Assembly: GCA_051888155.1 (NCBI GenBank)
Contig: JBJFAY010000153.1
Span: forward strand, 1-48,176
Origin: Alphaproteobacteria bacterium
Lineage (GTDB): Bacteria; Pseudomonadota; Alphaproteobacteria; CAAGCB01; CAG-977
Direction: 5' to 3'
Length of the DNA stretch: 48,176 bases
In this document: piece after piece, positions 15,583 to 24,661 of the stretch
Numbering within the stretch: position 1 is the stretch's first letter
How the letters are laid out: each line of letters starts with the position of its first letter
Made by a program: the position numbers and the translations under genes
Notes under the pieces: generated by a model
Database searches by the model: none
What the model was told of the DNA's origin: nothing
What the model saw: the letters and a program-made list of their open reading frames with translations, nothing else

Positions 15583-16448
15583 TACCAGAATTTAAACAGT
15601 TTCAGCAGTCCCAGTTTGTTTTTCTTTGTCATAAAAACTTTATTGCAATAAGGACACTGCGTAAAGACGGCGGAAAACTTTTTCGCCAGTTTCATGACGA
15701 TGAAGGGCGGGATCAAAGTCACGGTCAAAATCAGCGCGACAGCGGCATAAAAGGCAAAACGGTAGTATTTTTCAATGCCGTCGAACAGGTCTTTGAAAAC
15801 GCCGTTTTTATTTCCGGCCAGTTCGGTGTAAATCGTTTTCATCGCTTTTCTGTCCGCTTCGGACGTCAGGCCGTATTTGCCGTTTATCATGTTTTTATAA
15901 GAAGCGTTGCTTAACGCCAGCTGTTTTTTTATCTGCGTTTGCGCTAAAGAAGAAACTTCTTTTTTCAGACCGGCCTGAATTTCCGTATTTAAAGACGTTT
16001 TAATTTGTTCGGTTGTCTTCGTCAGCTGCTTGTTTACGTTGTTGATCTGTTTTTGAATCGCGTCGGAAGTATCGCCGATTTTGGCGGCTTCTTTTATTCC
16101 CAGCTTTGATAAAGCCGACGCCGCCTTTTTTGTTTTTTCGGCGGCTTGTTCCGCTTTGTCCAGCTTGATTTCAGGCACTTTGATTTTTGACGTGTATTTT
16201 TTTATGTCAATGCCGGCCAAAACTTTATCGGAAAAGGCGGCGTATTGTTCCGTTAAAATACCGTTGGCCCGGGCAATCGTTTTGACGGCGATAAATTCCT
16301 TGATGCTGTCCGCGCGCGTCGTCGTAAAATAAACGGCAGGAATGACGATCAGTAAAATCCATAACAGGGTAAAAATCCGCGCCGCTTTAACCAAAGGGGA
16401 CGTCTGATGCAAAAGTTTATATTCTTCGCCGCTTGTCGTCGTTGTCAT
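15582..16448 (-). CDS. Hypothetical membrane protein (two TM segments flanking a coiled-coil region, C-terminal CxxC)
   Basis: 288-aa ORF. TM near residue 25 and near residue 235. Lys/Thr/Gln-rich helical middle, with CPYCNKVF near the C-terminus. Its TAA stop overlaps the acetyltransferase ATG (TAATG). Confidence 0.6.
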   Translation of the reverse strand: MTTTTSGEEYKLLHQTSPLVKAARIFTLLWILLIVIPAVYFTTTRADSIKEFIAVKTIARANGILTEQYAAFSDKVLAGIDIKKYTSKIKVPEIKLDKAEQAAEKTKKAASALSKLGIKEAAKIGDTSDAIQKQINNVNKQLTKTTEQIKTSLNTEIQAGLKKEVSSLAQTQIKKQLALSNASYKNMINGKYGLTSEADRKAMKTIYTELAGNKNGVFKDLFDGIEKYYRFAFYAAVALILTVTLIPPFIVMKLAKKFSAVFTQCPYCNKVFMTKKNKLGLLKLFKFW

Positions 16449-16542
16449 ATATTCCGGCCTTTCTTTTAAAAAATTTTTTTTTATTATACTTCCCGCTTTG
16501 CCGAAGGCAAGCTCTTTAAAGCGCCGGCGTTTTTTTGTCGTC

Positions 16543-16572
16543 TTGCCCTCCGGAAGAGATCAGAGGTATAAT
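16543..16572 (+). promoter_or_regulatory. Sigma70-type promoter for the kinase-bioG pair
   Basis: TTGCCC (16543-16548), 18-nt spacer, TATAAT (16567-16572). Confidence 0.5.
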
Positions 16573-16602
16573 GGCGCAAAGCTTTTTGAATAAGGAAAGA
16601 AA

Positions 16603-17148
16603 ATGATTATAGCAATCGGCGGCGCCGGCAGCTGCGGCAAGACTTTTCTGGCGCAGAAATTATTGGAACGCCATGCCGTGCCTTATATTTCTCTGGATCA
16701 TTTGAAAATGGGGCTGATCCGCGGCGGGGAAGCTTTGGATATAGAAAACGACGCTCAAATCACGCAAAGACTGTGGCCGATTGTCCGCGGAATTATAGAG
16801 GTTAATATTGAAAACCATCAGAATATCATTCTGGAAGGGTGCTATCTGCCCGCGGATAAACTGCAGGAACTGCAGAAAAAATACCCTGACCGCACCGCTT
16901 TTTTCTGCATTGGTTTTTCTGCCGGTTATATTAACAAATACTTTAACAGCCGTATTATAAAACACAGAAATGTAATCGAGAGGCGTTTATATGACGAAAC
17001 GCGCAGTCCGGAAGAAATGATCCGGGAAAATGAAGCGGTGAAAAAAAGCTGTTTGGAACATCAGATCAGGTTTTTTGAAATCGGCGATGATTTTAATTTG
17101 TTTATTCAGGAAGTTTTTGACTGGCTGGACAGGAAAGGAAAAAAATGA
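16603..17148 (+). CDS. P-loop NTPase, putative small-molecule or nucleotide kinase
   Basis: 181 aa. Walker A IAIGGAGSCGKTFLA at the N-terminus. Size and layout resemble AAA_33 / 2-phosphoglycerate-kinase-like proteins. Confidence 0.55.
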   Translation: MIIAIGGAGSCGKTFLAQKLLERHAVPYISLDHLKMGLIRGGEALDIENDAQITQRLWPIVRGIIEVNIENHQNIILEGCYLPADKLQELQKKYPDRTAFFCIGFSAGYINKYFNSRIIKHRNVIERRLYDETRSPEEMIRENEAVKKSCLEHQIRFFEIGDDFNLFIQEVFDWLDRKGKK

Positions 17149-17792
17149 AATTTCAATATATTAATCATCATTCGGAACGGCTGATCGTTTTTTTTGCGGG
17201 CTGGGGGTGCGATGAACGTCAATTCGCGGAATTAAAAGATCCCGCCGACGATGTTTTAATTTTATTTGATTATGACGATTTGAAAATCCCGTTTGATTTT
17301 TCAAAGTATGCCGAATTGAACGTGATTGCGTATTCGGCCGGCGTGTTTGTTTCGTCTTTGCTGAACGCCGGACTGCCGCAGGTAAAAAAACGTGTCGCGG
17401 TCAACGGTAATCCGTATTTGTTTGATGAAGATCTGGGGTTGTCGAAACGAATTTTAAACGTGCTGGAATCGGTTGATTTGAATAACTATCTGGCTTTCAG
17501 GCGGCAGTATATGGTCGAAACGGACGAGGAGTTTTCCGAATATAATCGTTTGCAGTCGCTGCGCAGCGTCGAAAGCTGCGCCGTGGAACTGAATTTTTTA
17601 AAAGAACTTTACGCGGCGCGCAAACCGGCTGTCCGCAATGATTTTGACAAAGCCGTATTTTCTGAAAACGAACCGTTTTTTAATCTGGATAACCAGAAAA
17701 AATTTTACGGCGACAAAATCAGAATCGTTGCCGCGGCACGGCATCATCTGTTTTTTAAATTTAATTCTTTCAGAGAAATATTAGAGTATTAG
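17145..17792 (+). CDS. bioG: DUF452 family pimeloyl-ACP methyl ester esterase
   Basis: 215 aa. LIVFFAGWGCD, LFDYDDL..PFDF, AYSAGVFV (nucleophile Ser elbow) and AVNGNP are collinear with Haemophilus BioG as I remember it. ATGA overlap with the upstream kinase. Confidence 0.7.
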   Translation: MKFQYINHHSERLIVFFAGWGCDERQFAELKDPADDVLILFDYDDLKIPFDFSKYAELNVIAYSAGVFVSSLLNAGLPQVKKRVAVNGNPYLFDEDLGLSKRILNVLESVDLNNYLAFRRQYMVETDEEFSEYNRLQSLRSVESCAVELNFLKELYAARKPAVRNDFDKAVFSENEPFFNLDNQKKFYGDKIRIVAAARHHLFFKFNSFREILEY

Positions 17793-17850
17793 TGTTATAA
17801 AAAACAATTATATTTCAATGTGATATAACTAAATTTAAAAAAATATTATT

Positions 17851-17887
17851 TCAAACGTTTGACTTAATTCCGTTCCCGTGCTACTTT
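17851..17887 (+). promoter_or_regulatory. Promoter with 12-bp perfect palindrome (candidate TetR operator)
   Basis: TCAAACGTTTGA (17851-17862) overlaps -35 TTGACT (17859-17864). 17-nt spacer, then TACTTT (17882-17887). Confidence 0.45.
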
Positions 17888-17907
17888 TTTCAAAAAAGGA
17901 AAAAAGT

Positions 17908-18537
17908 ATGACGGATACAAAAACGAAGCTGCTGCGCTCTGCCGCGAAACTGTTTGCCAAATACGGTCTTGACGGCGTTTCAACCCGCGATCTGGCAAAG
18001 CGGTCGGGGGTAAATTTATGTTCGATCAATTATTATTTCGGCACGAAACAAAAGTTGTACGAAGCTGTCTTGCAAGACGTAGTCGCATATATTTCGGATC
18101 ATTTCGTTTTACCCGTGCGTGAAAAAATGGCGGCGGCGGAAAATATGCCTCCGCGGGAAGAAATAAAATATTTTATCGGGCAATTTTATGAGTTTTTATG
18201 CAGTGAGGCGGTTTCCGAAATTCAGGCCGAGCTTTTAATGAAAGAACTGTTAAAACCGACGGCGGCGTACGACCGGTTTTATTCGGCGATTTTTGAACCT
18301 CTGCATAAACGTTTGTCGGGGCTGGTCGCTTCTGAATTAAATTTGCCGCCGGATTCAAGGCAAGCCGTCTTGCAAACGCATATTCTGCTGGGGCAGGTCG
18401 TCATGTTCAGAATCCATAAAACGGCTTTGCTGCGTCGGCTGGGTATAAAAAAATATACGCCGGAACTGATGGAACAGACAAAATCGCTGCTGATGCGCAG
18501 CTGCGACGCTGTTTTAAAAGCGTTAAGGGAGGAATAA
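17908..18537 (+). CDS. TetR/AcrR family transcriptional regulator
   Basis: MTDTKTKLLRSAAKLFAKYGLDGVSTRDLAKRSGVNLCSINYYFGTKQKLY is a TetR HTH. ATG 17908 follows an AAAGGAAAAAAG RBS region. Confidence 0.85.
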   Translation: MTDTKTKLLRSAAKLFAKYGLDGVSTRDLAKRSGVNLCSINYYFGTKQKLYEAVLQDVVAYISDHFVLPVREKMAAAENMPPREEIKYFIGQFYEFLCSEAVSEIQAELLMKELLKPTAAYDRFYSAIFEPLHKRLSGLVASELNLPPDSRQAVLQTHILLGQVVMFRIHKTALLRRLGIKKYTPELMEQTKSLLMRSCDAVLKALREE

Positions 18538-19499
18538 TGAAAAAACTGCGGCTTCTTTTCTGCCTGCTGGCAGCCTCCTGTCAATCGGAAGAAACAAATA
18601 CTTATAACGGTTATATTGAAGGCGAATACGTTTATGTTTCCGCCTATACCGGCGGGATTTTGGACCGGATAGACGTTGTTAAAGGACAGCTTGTCGATCC
18701 GGGAACCGGACTGTTCCGCCTTGACGAGGAAATTTGGGCCGCCGATCTGGCGCGCGCGCAAAGCGTTCTGGACAAAGCGTATGCGAACCTGTCGAATTTA
18801 AGCAAAGGCAAGCGCAGGCAGGAACTGGACGTTATTTTAAAACAAAAAGCGCAGGCGCAGGCGGTTCTGGATAATGCGCGCAAAGAATTTATGCGGGCGG
18901 AAGAACTGATAAAAACGCGCAATATCAGCCGGTCGGATTATGATAAAAAGCGTTCCGATTATGAAAACGCCCGCGCAAAAACGGAAGAGTTGGAAGCTTC
19001 GTTTCAAACGGCGACTTTGGCCGCGCGCGAAGACGAATTAACCGCGGCGCGCAAAGAAATTGAAGCCGCAGTTCAGGATTTAAAGAAAATACAAAAACAG
19101 GCGGCAAATAACGCGGCGGTTTCTCCCGTCGCCGGGCGGGTGCAGGACGTTTATTTCCGCCGCGGCGAATTTGTGCCGGCGGGAACGCCGGTCGTATCCG
19201 TACTGCCGCCCGAAAATGTCAAAGCGCGTTTTTATGTGCCGGAAAATGTTTTTTCGCAAATTAAACCGGAGGCGAAAGTGTCGGTTTTTTGCGACGCCTG
19301 TCCGCCCGCGGGGATTGCGGCGTCAGTGTCTTTTATTTCCACGCAAAGCGAATTTACCCCGCCGGTTATTTACAGCGTGGAAAGCCGGGAAAAACTGGTT
19401 TTTATGATTGAAGCCGTCTTTGACGACAAAACGCTGAATTTACCGCCCGGACTGCCCGTGAACGTAAGGATAAAACAAAATGAACGCGCCGGCGATTGA
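18537..19499 (+). CDS. HlyD-family membrane fusion / periplasmic adaptor lipoprotein
   Basis: 320 aa. Lipobox LLAASC. Coiled-coil middle between beta-barrel-type ends (GYIEGEYVYVSA...GRVQDVYFRRGEFVPAG). TAATG overlap with the TetR gene. Confidence 0.8.
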   Translation: MKKLRLLFCLLAASCQSEETNTYNGYIEGEYVYVSAYTGGILDRIDVVKGQLVDPGTGLFRLDEEIWAADLARAQSVLDKAYANLSNLSKGKRRQELDVILKQKAQAQAVLDNARKEFMRAEELIKTRNISRSDYDKKRSDYENARAKTEELEASFQTATLAAREDELTAARKEIEAAVQDLKKIQKQAANNAAVSPVAGRVQDVYFRRGEFVPAGTPVVSVLPPENVKARFYVPENVFSQIKPEAKVSVFCDACPPAGIAASVSFISTQSEFTPPVIYSVESREKLVFMIEAVFDDKTLNLPPGLPVNVRIKQNERAGD

Positions 19500-20391
19500 A
19501 GTAAAAGGGCTGACTAAAACTTTCGGACGGCGCGTCGTCGTCAATCATGTCGATATTACTGTGCCGCGGGGAAAGATTTATGGTTTTCTGGGACCGAACG
19601 GCAGCGGTAAAACGACGACAATCCGAATGTTATGCGGTCTTTTGACGCCGGACGGCGGAAACGGAACCTGTTTGGGATTTGATATCTTAACGCAAAGCGC
19701 GCTGATCCGTAAAAAAGTCGGTTATATGACGCAAAAATTCAGTTTTTGGGAAGATTTGACCATTCGTGAAAATTTGGAATTCACAGCGAATATATACGGT
19801 ATGGATCATGTCCGGCGCCGGGTTGACGAGGCTTTGGAAAAACTGCGCCTGACGTCGCGCGCCGGCCAGCTGGCAGGCAGTCTGTCGGGCGGGTGGAAAC
19901 AGCGTCTGGCGCTGTCCGCGTGTATTTTGCACGAACCGGATATTTTGCTGCTGGACGAACCGACGGCAGGCGTCGATCCCAAAGCGCGGCGTGAATTTTG
20001 GGACGAAATCAATCACTTGTCCGATAACGGACTGACGGTCCTGGTCAGTACGCATTATATGGACGAAGCCGAACGGTGTCATGAGATCGTATATATCGCT
20101 TACGGCAATATTATGGCGCAGGGAACCGTAGAACAAGTGATTGCGAAAACAGGACTGAAAACATTTGATGTAACGGGGGGACAGACGGCTGTTCTGCGTT
20201 TAAAATTGGAAGATTGTCCTGATATAACGACGATGGCTTTGTTCGGGGAACATCTGCATATCTGCGGCCCGGACGCCGAAAAACTGAAAACGGTTTTAAT
20301 GCGTCTGGCGAACGGTTGCGTCTGGCGGGAAATTCCGACAACATTGGAAGATGCGTTTATTTATTATTTAAAAAACGCGAAGGAAAACTGA
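19480..20391 (+). CDS. ABC transporter ATP-binding protein
   Basis: Walker A GPNGSGKTT, signature LSGGWKQRL, Walker B ILLLDEPTAGVD, H-loop STHYMDEA. Confidence 0.93.
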   Translation: MNAPAIEVKGLTKTFGRRVVVNHVDITVPRGKIYGFLGPNGSGKTTTIRMLCGLLTPDGGNGTCLGFDILTQSALIRKKVGYMTQKFSFWEDLTIRENLEFTANIYGMDHVRRRVDEALEKLRLTSRAGQLAGSLSGGWKQRLALSACILHEPDILLLDEPTAGVDPKARREFWDEINHLSDNGLTVLVSTHYMDEAERCHEIVYIAYGNIMAQGTVEQVIAKTGLKTFDVTGGQTAVLRLKLEDCPDITTMALFGEHLHICGPDAEKLKTVLMRLANGCVWREIPTTLEDAFIYYLKNAKEN

Positions 20392-20392
20392 G

Positions 20393-21526
20393 ATGTTTGA
20401 TTTTTCTCTGCAAAGAATGAAGGCTTTGATCTGCAAAGAATTTATTCAGTTAAAACGCGATCGGCCGACGCTGGTGATGATTGTCATGTTGCCGATTATA
20501 CAGCTGCTGCTGTTCGGATACGCGATCAACATGGATCCGAAGCATATGCCGGCGGCCGTGATTTTGCGCGATAATACGTTTTTGACACGCAGCCTGACAG
20601 CGGCTTTGGAAACATCGGACTATTTTAAATTTACCGTGCCGGCCGCAAGCGATGTTCAGGGAGATCGTCTGCTGCGCCGCAGCGATGTGATGTTTGTCGT
20701 TACGATTCCGGACAATTTTACCGCAGATGTGATCCGCGGGCAAAAACCGTCCGTTTTGCTGCAGGCGGACGCTTCCGACCCCGGTACGATCAGCGGAGCG
20801 GTCGGCGCTTTGACACAGATCGCAGACAAAGTTATTGCCCGTGAAATGACGGGCAGTCTGGCAAAACTGCGGCAGGAATCGCCTGCTTTTTCCATTCAGG
20901 TGCAAAAATCCTATAACCCGGAAGGTTTTACCCGTTACAATATTGTCCCCGGGCTGATCGGTATTGTATTGATTTTTACGGGCGTCATGATGACGGCGCT
21001 GGCTTTGACGCGCGAACGGGAACGCGGCACAATGGAAAATCTGCTGGCGATGCCCGTCCGTCCGCTGGAAGTAATGATCGGAAAAATAACGCCTTTTATT
21101 TTTATCGGTTTATTTCAGGCTTTGCTGATTCTGACAATCGCCCGTTTTCTGTTCTCTATTCCCGTGATCGGCAGTTTCGGTTTGTTGTTTTTATGTATGG
21201 TATTGTTTATTATTTGTAACTTGTCGTTAGGATTTTTAATTTCAACGGTGGCGAAAAATCAAACGCAGGCTTTGCAAATGTCAATTTTCGTTTTGCTGCC
21301 TTCGTTAATGTTGACCGGATTTATGTTTCCTTTTTACGGAATGCCCGAATGGGCGCAAACGATCGGACGGTGTATCCCGCTGACATATTTTGTGCGTATT
21401 GTGCGCGGCATTATGCTGAAAGGATCGGAGTTTACGGATATCGTTCCGCATTTATGGCCGCTGCTGGTGCTGATGGCAATTATTACGGGCGTTACGATGA
21501 AGGCTTACAAAAACACGCTGGATTAG
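20393..21526 (+). CDS. ABC-2 type transporter permease
   Basis: 377 aa. N-terminal TM, a large extracytoplasmic loop, then five C-terminal TM segments. Starts 1 nt after the ATPase stop. Confidence 0.85.
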   Translation: MFDFSLQRMKALICKEFIQLKRDRPTLVMIVMLPIIQLLLFGYAINMDPKHMPAAVILRDNTFLTRSLTAALETSDYFKFTVPAASDVQGDRLLRRSDVMFVVTIPDNFTADVIRGQKPSVLLQADASDPGTISGAVGALTQIADKVIAREMTGSLAKLRQESPAFSIQVQKSYNPEGFTRYNIVPGLIGIVLIFTGVMMTALALTRERERGTMENLLAMPVRPLEVMIGKITPFIFIGLFQALLILTIARFLFSIPVIGSFGLLFLCMVLFIICNLSLGFLISTVAKNQTQALQMSIFVLLPSLMLTGFMFPFYGMPEWAQTIGRCIPLTYFVRIVRGIMLKGSEFTDIVPHLWPLLVLMAIITGVTMKAYKNTLD

Positions 21527-22142
21527 CGTCAAAGTGCCGGTGAATACACTGTATAATCGTTTTATGGATTCCCTGTGTGATTTCATAATAAACAAACCGG
21601 CCGTCTTTTCTGGATTTGACGAATCCGCAGTCGCGCAGGCGTTTTAAATACTGCGATGTCTTCAGCTGTTCAATGCCGGTTCCTTTGACAATGTCGGATA
21701 CGCAGCTTTCCCCGGACAAAGTCAGGTATTCCAGGATTCTGATTTTATCAATATGCGCGAACAATTTGATATGATTGGCCGTCATCGTCATAAAATCGCG
21801 CGGTAAAGGCAGTTTGACGCCGTCTGCCAGAAATTTAAAATCGTCCGTCATATAACCGTACAGTTTCCGGGTGCAGTGAAATAAACTGGCCGGGTATTCT
21901 CCGCTGAGCGCGTAGTAAATAAAAATTCCCCGGCGCTGCGTTTTGACCAGGCAGGCGTCGCGCAGTTTTTTCAGATTTTGAGAAACAATAATCTGTTCTT
22001 CGCCGATTCCTTTGGTTATGTCGGATACGGAAGACGGGCCGTGAATATCCAAAAATTCCAAAATACGCAGTCGCAGCGGGTGACCGATATAATAGACTCC
22101 TCTGACGGCTTGTTCCATAATTTCGACGGGCAGCTGCTGCAT
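21492..22142 (-). CDS. Tandem (duplicated) ArsR/SmtB-family winged-helix regulator
   Basis: 216 aa with two ArsR-like units: HPLRLRILEFL...SVSDITKGIGEEQIIVSQNLKKLRDACLV...IFIYYAL and IRILEYL...CVSDIVKGTGIEQLKTSQYLKRLRDCGFV...RFVYYEI. Confidence 0.75.
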   Translation of the reverse strand: MQQLPVEIMEQAVRGVYYIGHPLRLRILEFLDIHGPSSVSDITKGIGEEQIIVSQNLKKLRDACLVKTQRRGIFIYYALSGEYPASLFHCTRKLYGYMTDDFKFLADGVKLPLPRDFMTMTANHIKLFAHIDKIRILEYLTLSGESCVSDIVKGTGIEQLKTSQYLKRLRDCGFVKSRKDGRFVYYEITQGIHKTIIQCIHRHFDANPACFCKPSS

Positions 22143-22208
22143 AAAAAACCTTAACCCTTTGTTTTTATGAAATATATCAGAAACTGCTCCGTTTGTAAAT
22201 AATTTTTA

Positions 22209-22237
22209 TTGACAATATCAATATATAGTGATAATAA
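22209..22237 (+). promoter_or_regulatory. Promoter with inverted repeat (candidate ArsR operator) for the 22275-23770 operon
   Basis: TTGACA (22209-22214), 17-nt spacer containing TATCA-N8-TGATA (22216-22233), then TAATAA. Confidence 0.45.
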
Positions 22238-22274
22238 TACATATTAAGATAAATACATATAAAAAGAGGTCAAT

Positions 22275-22787
22275 ATGAAAAAACTCGTTTTGTTTTTAAC
22301 CGCCGGACTGTTTTATCCTTCGGCCGTTTTGGCCAATCCGGCCTGCGCCGTTTGTACGGTAGCGATCGGCGCTTCGCTGGAAATTGCCAGAAAACTGGGC
22401 GTGGCGGACGCTGTCGTCGGTTTATGGGCGGGCGCTTTGCTGACGCTGCTGGGGTATTGGACAATTTTGTTTTTTGACAAGAAAAACTGGCGCTTTCCGG
22501 GGCGCGATTTTTTGCTGATGGCTGTTTCCGTCGGCATGATCGGGTTTATTTATATCAAGGAAGTCGTTTATACGCCGGTGATTATCTGGAACGTATTTTA
22601 TCTTGACCCGATTTTGTTCAGCACGATTTTGGGCATGCTGCTGTTTATTTATTCCCAGAAATTTTACCAGTGGATAAAGGCAAGAAACGGCGGCCATGCT
22701 CATTTTCCGTTTGAAAAGGTTGTTCTGCCGGTCGTTTGGCTGCTGGCGGCCAGTGTGTTTTTCACTTATTTTCCCATTTCGCTGTAA
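22275..22787 (+). CDS. Hypothetical polytopic membrane protein with N-terminal CxxC
   Basis: 170 aa. Signal-like N-terminus followed by NPACAVCTVAIG and about 4 further TM segments. AGAGG RBS. Confidence 0.65.
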   Translation: MKKLVLFLTAGLFYPSAVLANPACAVCTVAIGASLEIARKLGVADAVVGLWAGALLTLLGYWTILFFDKKNWRFPGRDFLLMAVSVGMIGFIYIKEVVYTPVIIWNVFYLDPILFSTILGMLLFIYSQKFYQWIKARNGGHAHFPFEKVVLPVVWLLAASVFFTYFPISL

Positions 22788-22799
22788 GGAGATAAAAAA

Positions 22800-23387
22800 A
22801 TGAAAAAAGCAAAAGACGTTAAAGAATTCGTGGAAAGAATCGACGCGACTAAAAAAGTCAATCCGAAAGATTTATCTTCTGATCAGGATTTAACGATTGC
22901 GATCATGAATTTGATTTCGATTGAAGAACATCTGGTCTTCAGCGGCGCGAAAACGGGAAAAAATTCTTTTTACGATTTAATCGAGGAAGTCCGCGAACTG
23001 CGCAAAACGCTGATGCAGAAAGTCATTCCGCAGTATGAAGGCGAAGTCTGGTGCATATCGAAACATCTGCTGGCTTCGGCCATGCGGCTGATGGAAGTCG
23101 GTACGAAACAGCAAAGTCTGGGACATAAAGAAGAAGCGTACAAATTGTTTTCACAGGCGTATGAGCTGTATTGCCTGTTTTGGGGGCTGAACATGAATAT
23201 GCTGGATACTTCGGACGTAAAATGGATTGAAGACAAACGCGAAGACATGGTTCAGCTGTCCGAAAAAATCGAAGCCGTTTCCGCAGGCAAAGATATTTCC
23301 GCCGCCGGCAAAGAGGAAAAAAAGCAAAGCGCCATGGATAAAATGAAAGCCTTTGTCCGAAAGGCCGTCGACTGCTGCATCGAATAA
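22800..23387 (+). CDS. Hypothetical soluble helical protein with C-terminal Cys-Cys
   Basis: 195 aa. No TM segment. Ends ...RKAVDCCIE. GGAGA RBS. Confidence 0.65.
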   Translation: MKKAKDVKEFVERIDATKKVNPKDLSSDQDLTIAIMNLISIEEHLVFSGAKTGKNSFYDLIEEVRELRKTLMQKVIPQYEGEVWCISKHLLASAMRLMEVGTKQQSLGHKEEAYKLFSQAYELYCLFWGLNMNMLDTSDVKWIEDKREDMVQLSEKIEAVSAGKDISAAGKEEKKQSAMDKMKAFVRKAVDCCIE

Positions 23388-23398
23388 AGGAGGCCGCT

Positions 23399-23770
23399 AT
23401 GAAAAAATATCTGCCGTTGTTTTCTTTTTTAATCTTTTCTTTTGACGCGCGGGCTGAAATTCAAAAGGAAGTGGTTATTTTTTCCGAACCGTGCCTTTTC
23501 TGCGACGTTTTAAAGGAAGACATGAAATCCTGGATTGTTCCCGACAATCCCGACGTTAAATTTACCGTTTTGGATATGTGGAACAAAGAAAATTATAAAC
23601 GTTTTTATAAATTGGCAGAAACGCACGGCATTAAAAGCCGGACGTCGTTTCCGGTTTTATTTGTCGGCAAAGACTGCATAACCGGCTGGACGCCGTCAGA
23701 CCGCGAACTGTTCCGCCGCTGCATGGCAGAATTTAAAAATGAAAAATTCAGCCGGCTGAGCTCGGATTGA
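23399..23770 (+). CDS. Exported thioredoxin/glutaredoxin-fold protein (CxxC)
   Basis: 123 aa. Signal peptide MKKYLPLFSFLIFSFDARA. VVIFSEPCLFCDVLK has a CxxC at the thioredoxin-fold position. FPVLFVGK resembles a cis-Pro loop region. Confidence 0.65.
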   Translation: MKKYLPLFSFLIFSFDARAEIQKEVVIFSEPCLFCDVLKEDMKSWIVPDNPDVKFTVLDMWNKENYKRFYKLAETHGIKSRTSFPVLFVGKDCITGWTPSDRELFRRCMAEFKNEKFSRLSSD

Positions 23771-23940
23771 CCAAAAACGGGAACGATAATCCGCCCCGGG
23801 AAATAAACGAAGTTGTTTCTTTGATCAATAATATTGCGGCTGAAAAGGAAATTGTCGGTCTGACGGTCGCCGAACCGATGCCCAGAACGGCGATCAGGCT
23901 GAAAAATATGCTGGCGCGCTTGCCGTTGTTGAAAAAATAA
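23761..23940 (+). pseudogene. Possible 3' gene remnant (ureohydrolase-like C-terminus?)
   Basis: Open frame with no usable start or RBS: ...NEVVSLINNIAAEKEIVGLTVAEPMPRTAIRLKNMLARLPLLKK*. IVGLTVAEPMP faintly resembles the v-G-x-D-v-v-E-x-x-P block near the C-terminus of arginase/agmatinase proteins. Confidence 0.25.
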
Positions 23941-23945
23941 AACGG

Positions 23946-24485
23946 TTACAGAGCCGTTCCTTTTTTCGGGCGGAACAGACGCGACATATCTGCGCCTTCC
24001 AGTTCCAGCAGCTTGATCTTGACGTCCAATCCGCCCGCATACCCCGTCAGACTGCCGTTTGTTCCTACAACCCGGTGACAGGGAATGATAATGGATATCG
24101 GATTATGACCGACCGCGCCGCCGACGGCCTGCGCCGACATTTTTGTCTTTCCGGTTTTCCGGGCAATCATCTTGGCTATGCCGCCATAGGTCCAAACCTG
24201 CCCCAGAGGAATATCGCATAAAATTTTCCAGACCATTTGTCGAAATTCCCCGCCTTCGGGGGCTAAAGGCAGTTCGGAAATCACAGGATTTTGTTTTTGA
24301 AAGTATCTGTCCAGCCATTGCGCCGTTTGCATGAAAACCGGCAGATCCGGTTTTTCCCGAAGATCCTGCGGAGCGGAGTCGGCAAAATACTTTTGTTTTT
24401 CAATCCACAGGCCGGTTAAATTCGTCCCGTCGCTGGTCATAAACAATTTCCCGACCGGCGAATTATAAAAATCAGAATAAAACAT
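23946..24485 (-). CDS. ogt: Methylated-DNA--protein-cysteine methyltransferase
   Basis: IIIPCHRVVGTNGSLTGYAGGLDVKIKLLELEG contains the PCHRV active site. ATG 24485 (MFYSDFYNSPVGKLF) has a GGAG RBS. The track start at 24566 is probably an upstream extension. Confidence 0.88.
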   Translation of the reverse strand: MFYSDFYNSPVGKLFMTSDGTNLTGLWIEKQKYFADSAPQDLREKPDLPVFMQTAQWLDRYFQKQNPVISELPLAPEGGEFRQMVWKILCDIPLGQVWTYGGIAKMIARKTGKTKMSAQAVGGAVGHNPISIIIPCHRVVGTNGSLTGYAGGLDVKIKLLELEGADMSRLFRPKKGTAL

Positions 24486-24661
24486 ATCCGAAACTCCAGT
24501 TTCAAAGAAGCTTACGAACTCTGTGCGGTACGTTTTCAGTCTGCACTGTTTTTTCTTTCGCCGCAAAGAAGAAAATTCTTTTTCAGAGTATACATATTTT
24601 TTTTAATTCTTTATAGTTTTCCGTTAAAACAACCACTTTTACCGGAAACAGAGAATATAAT

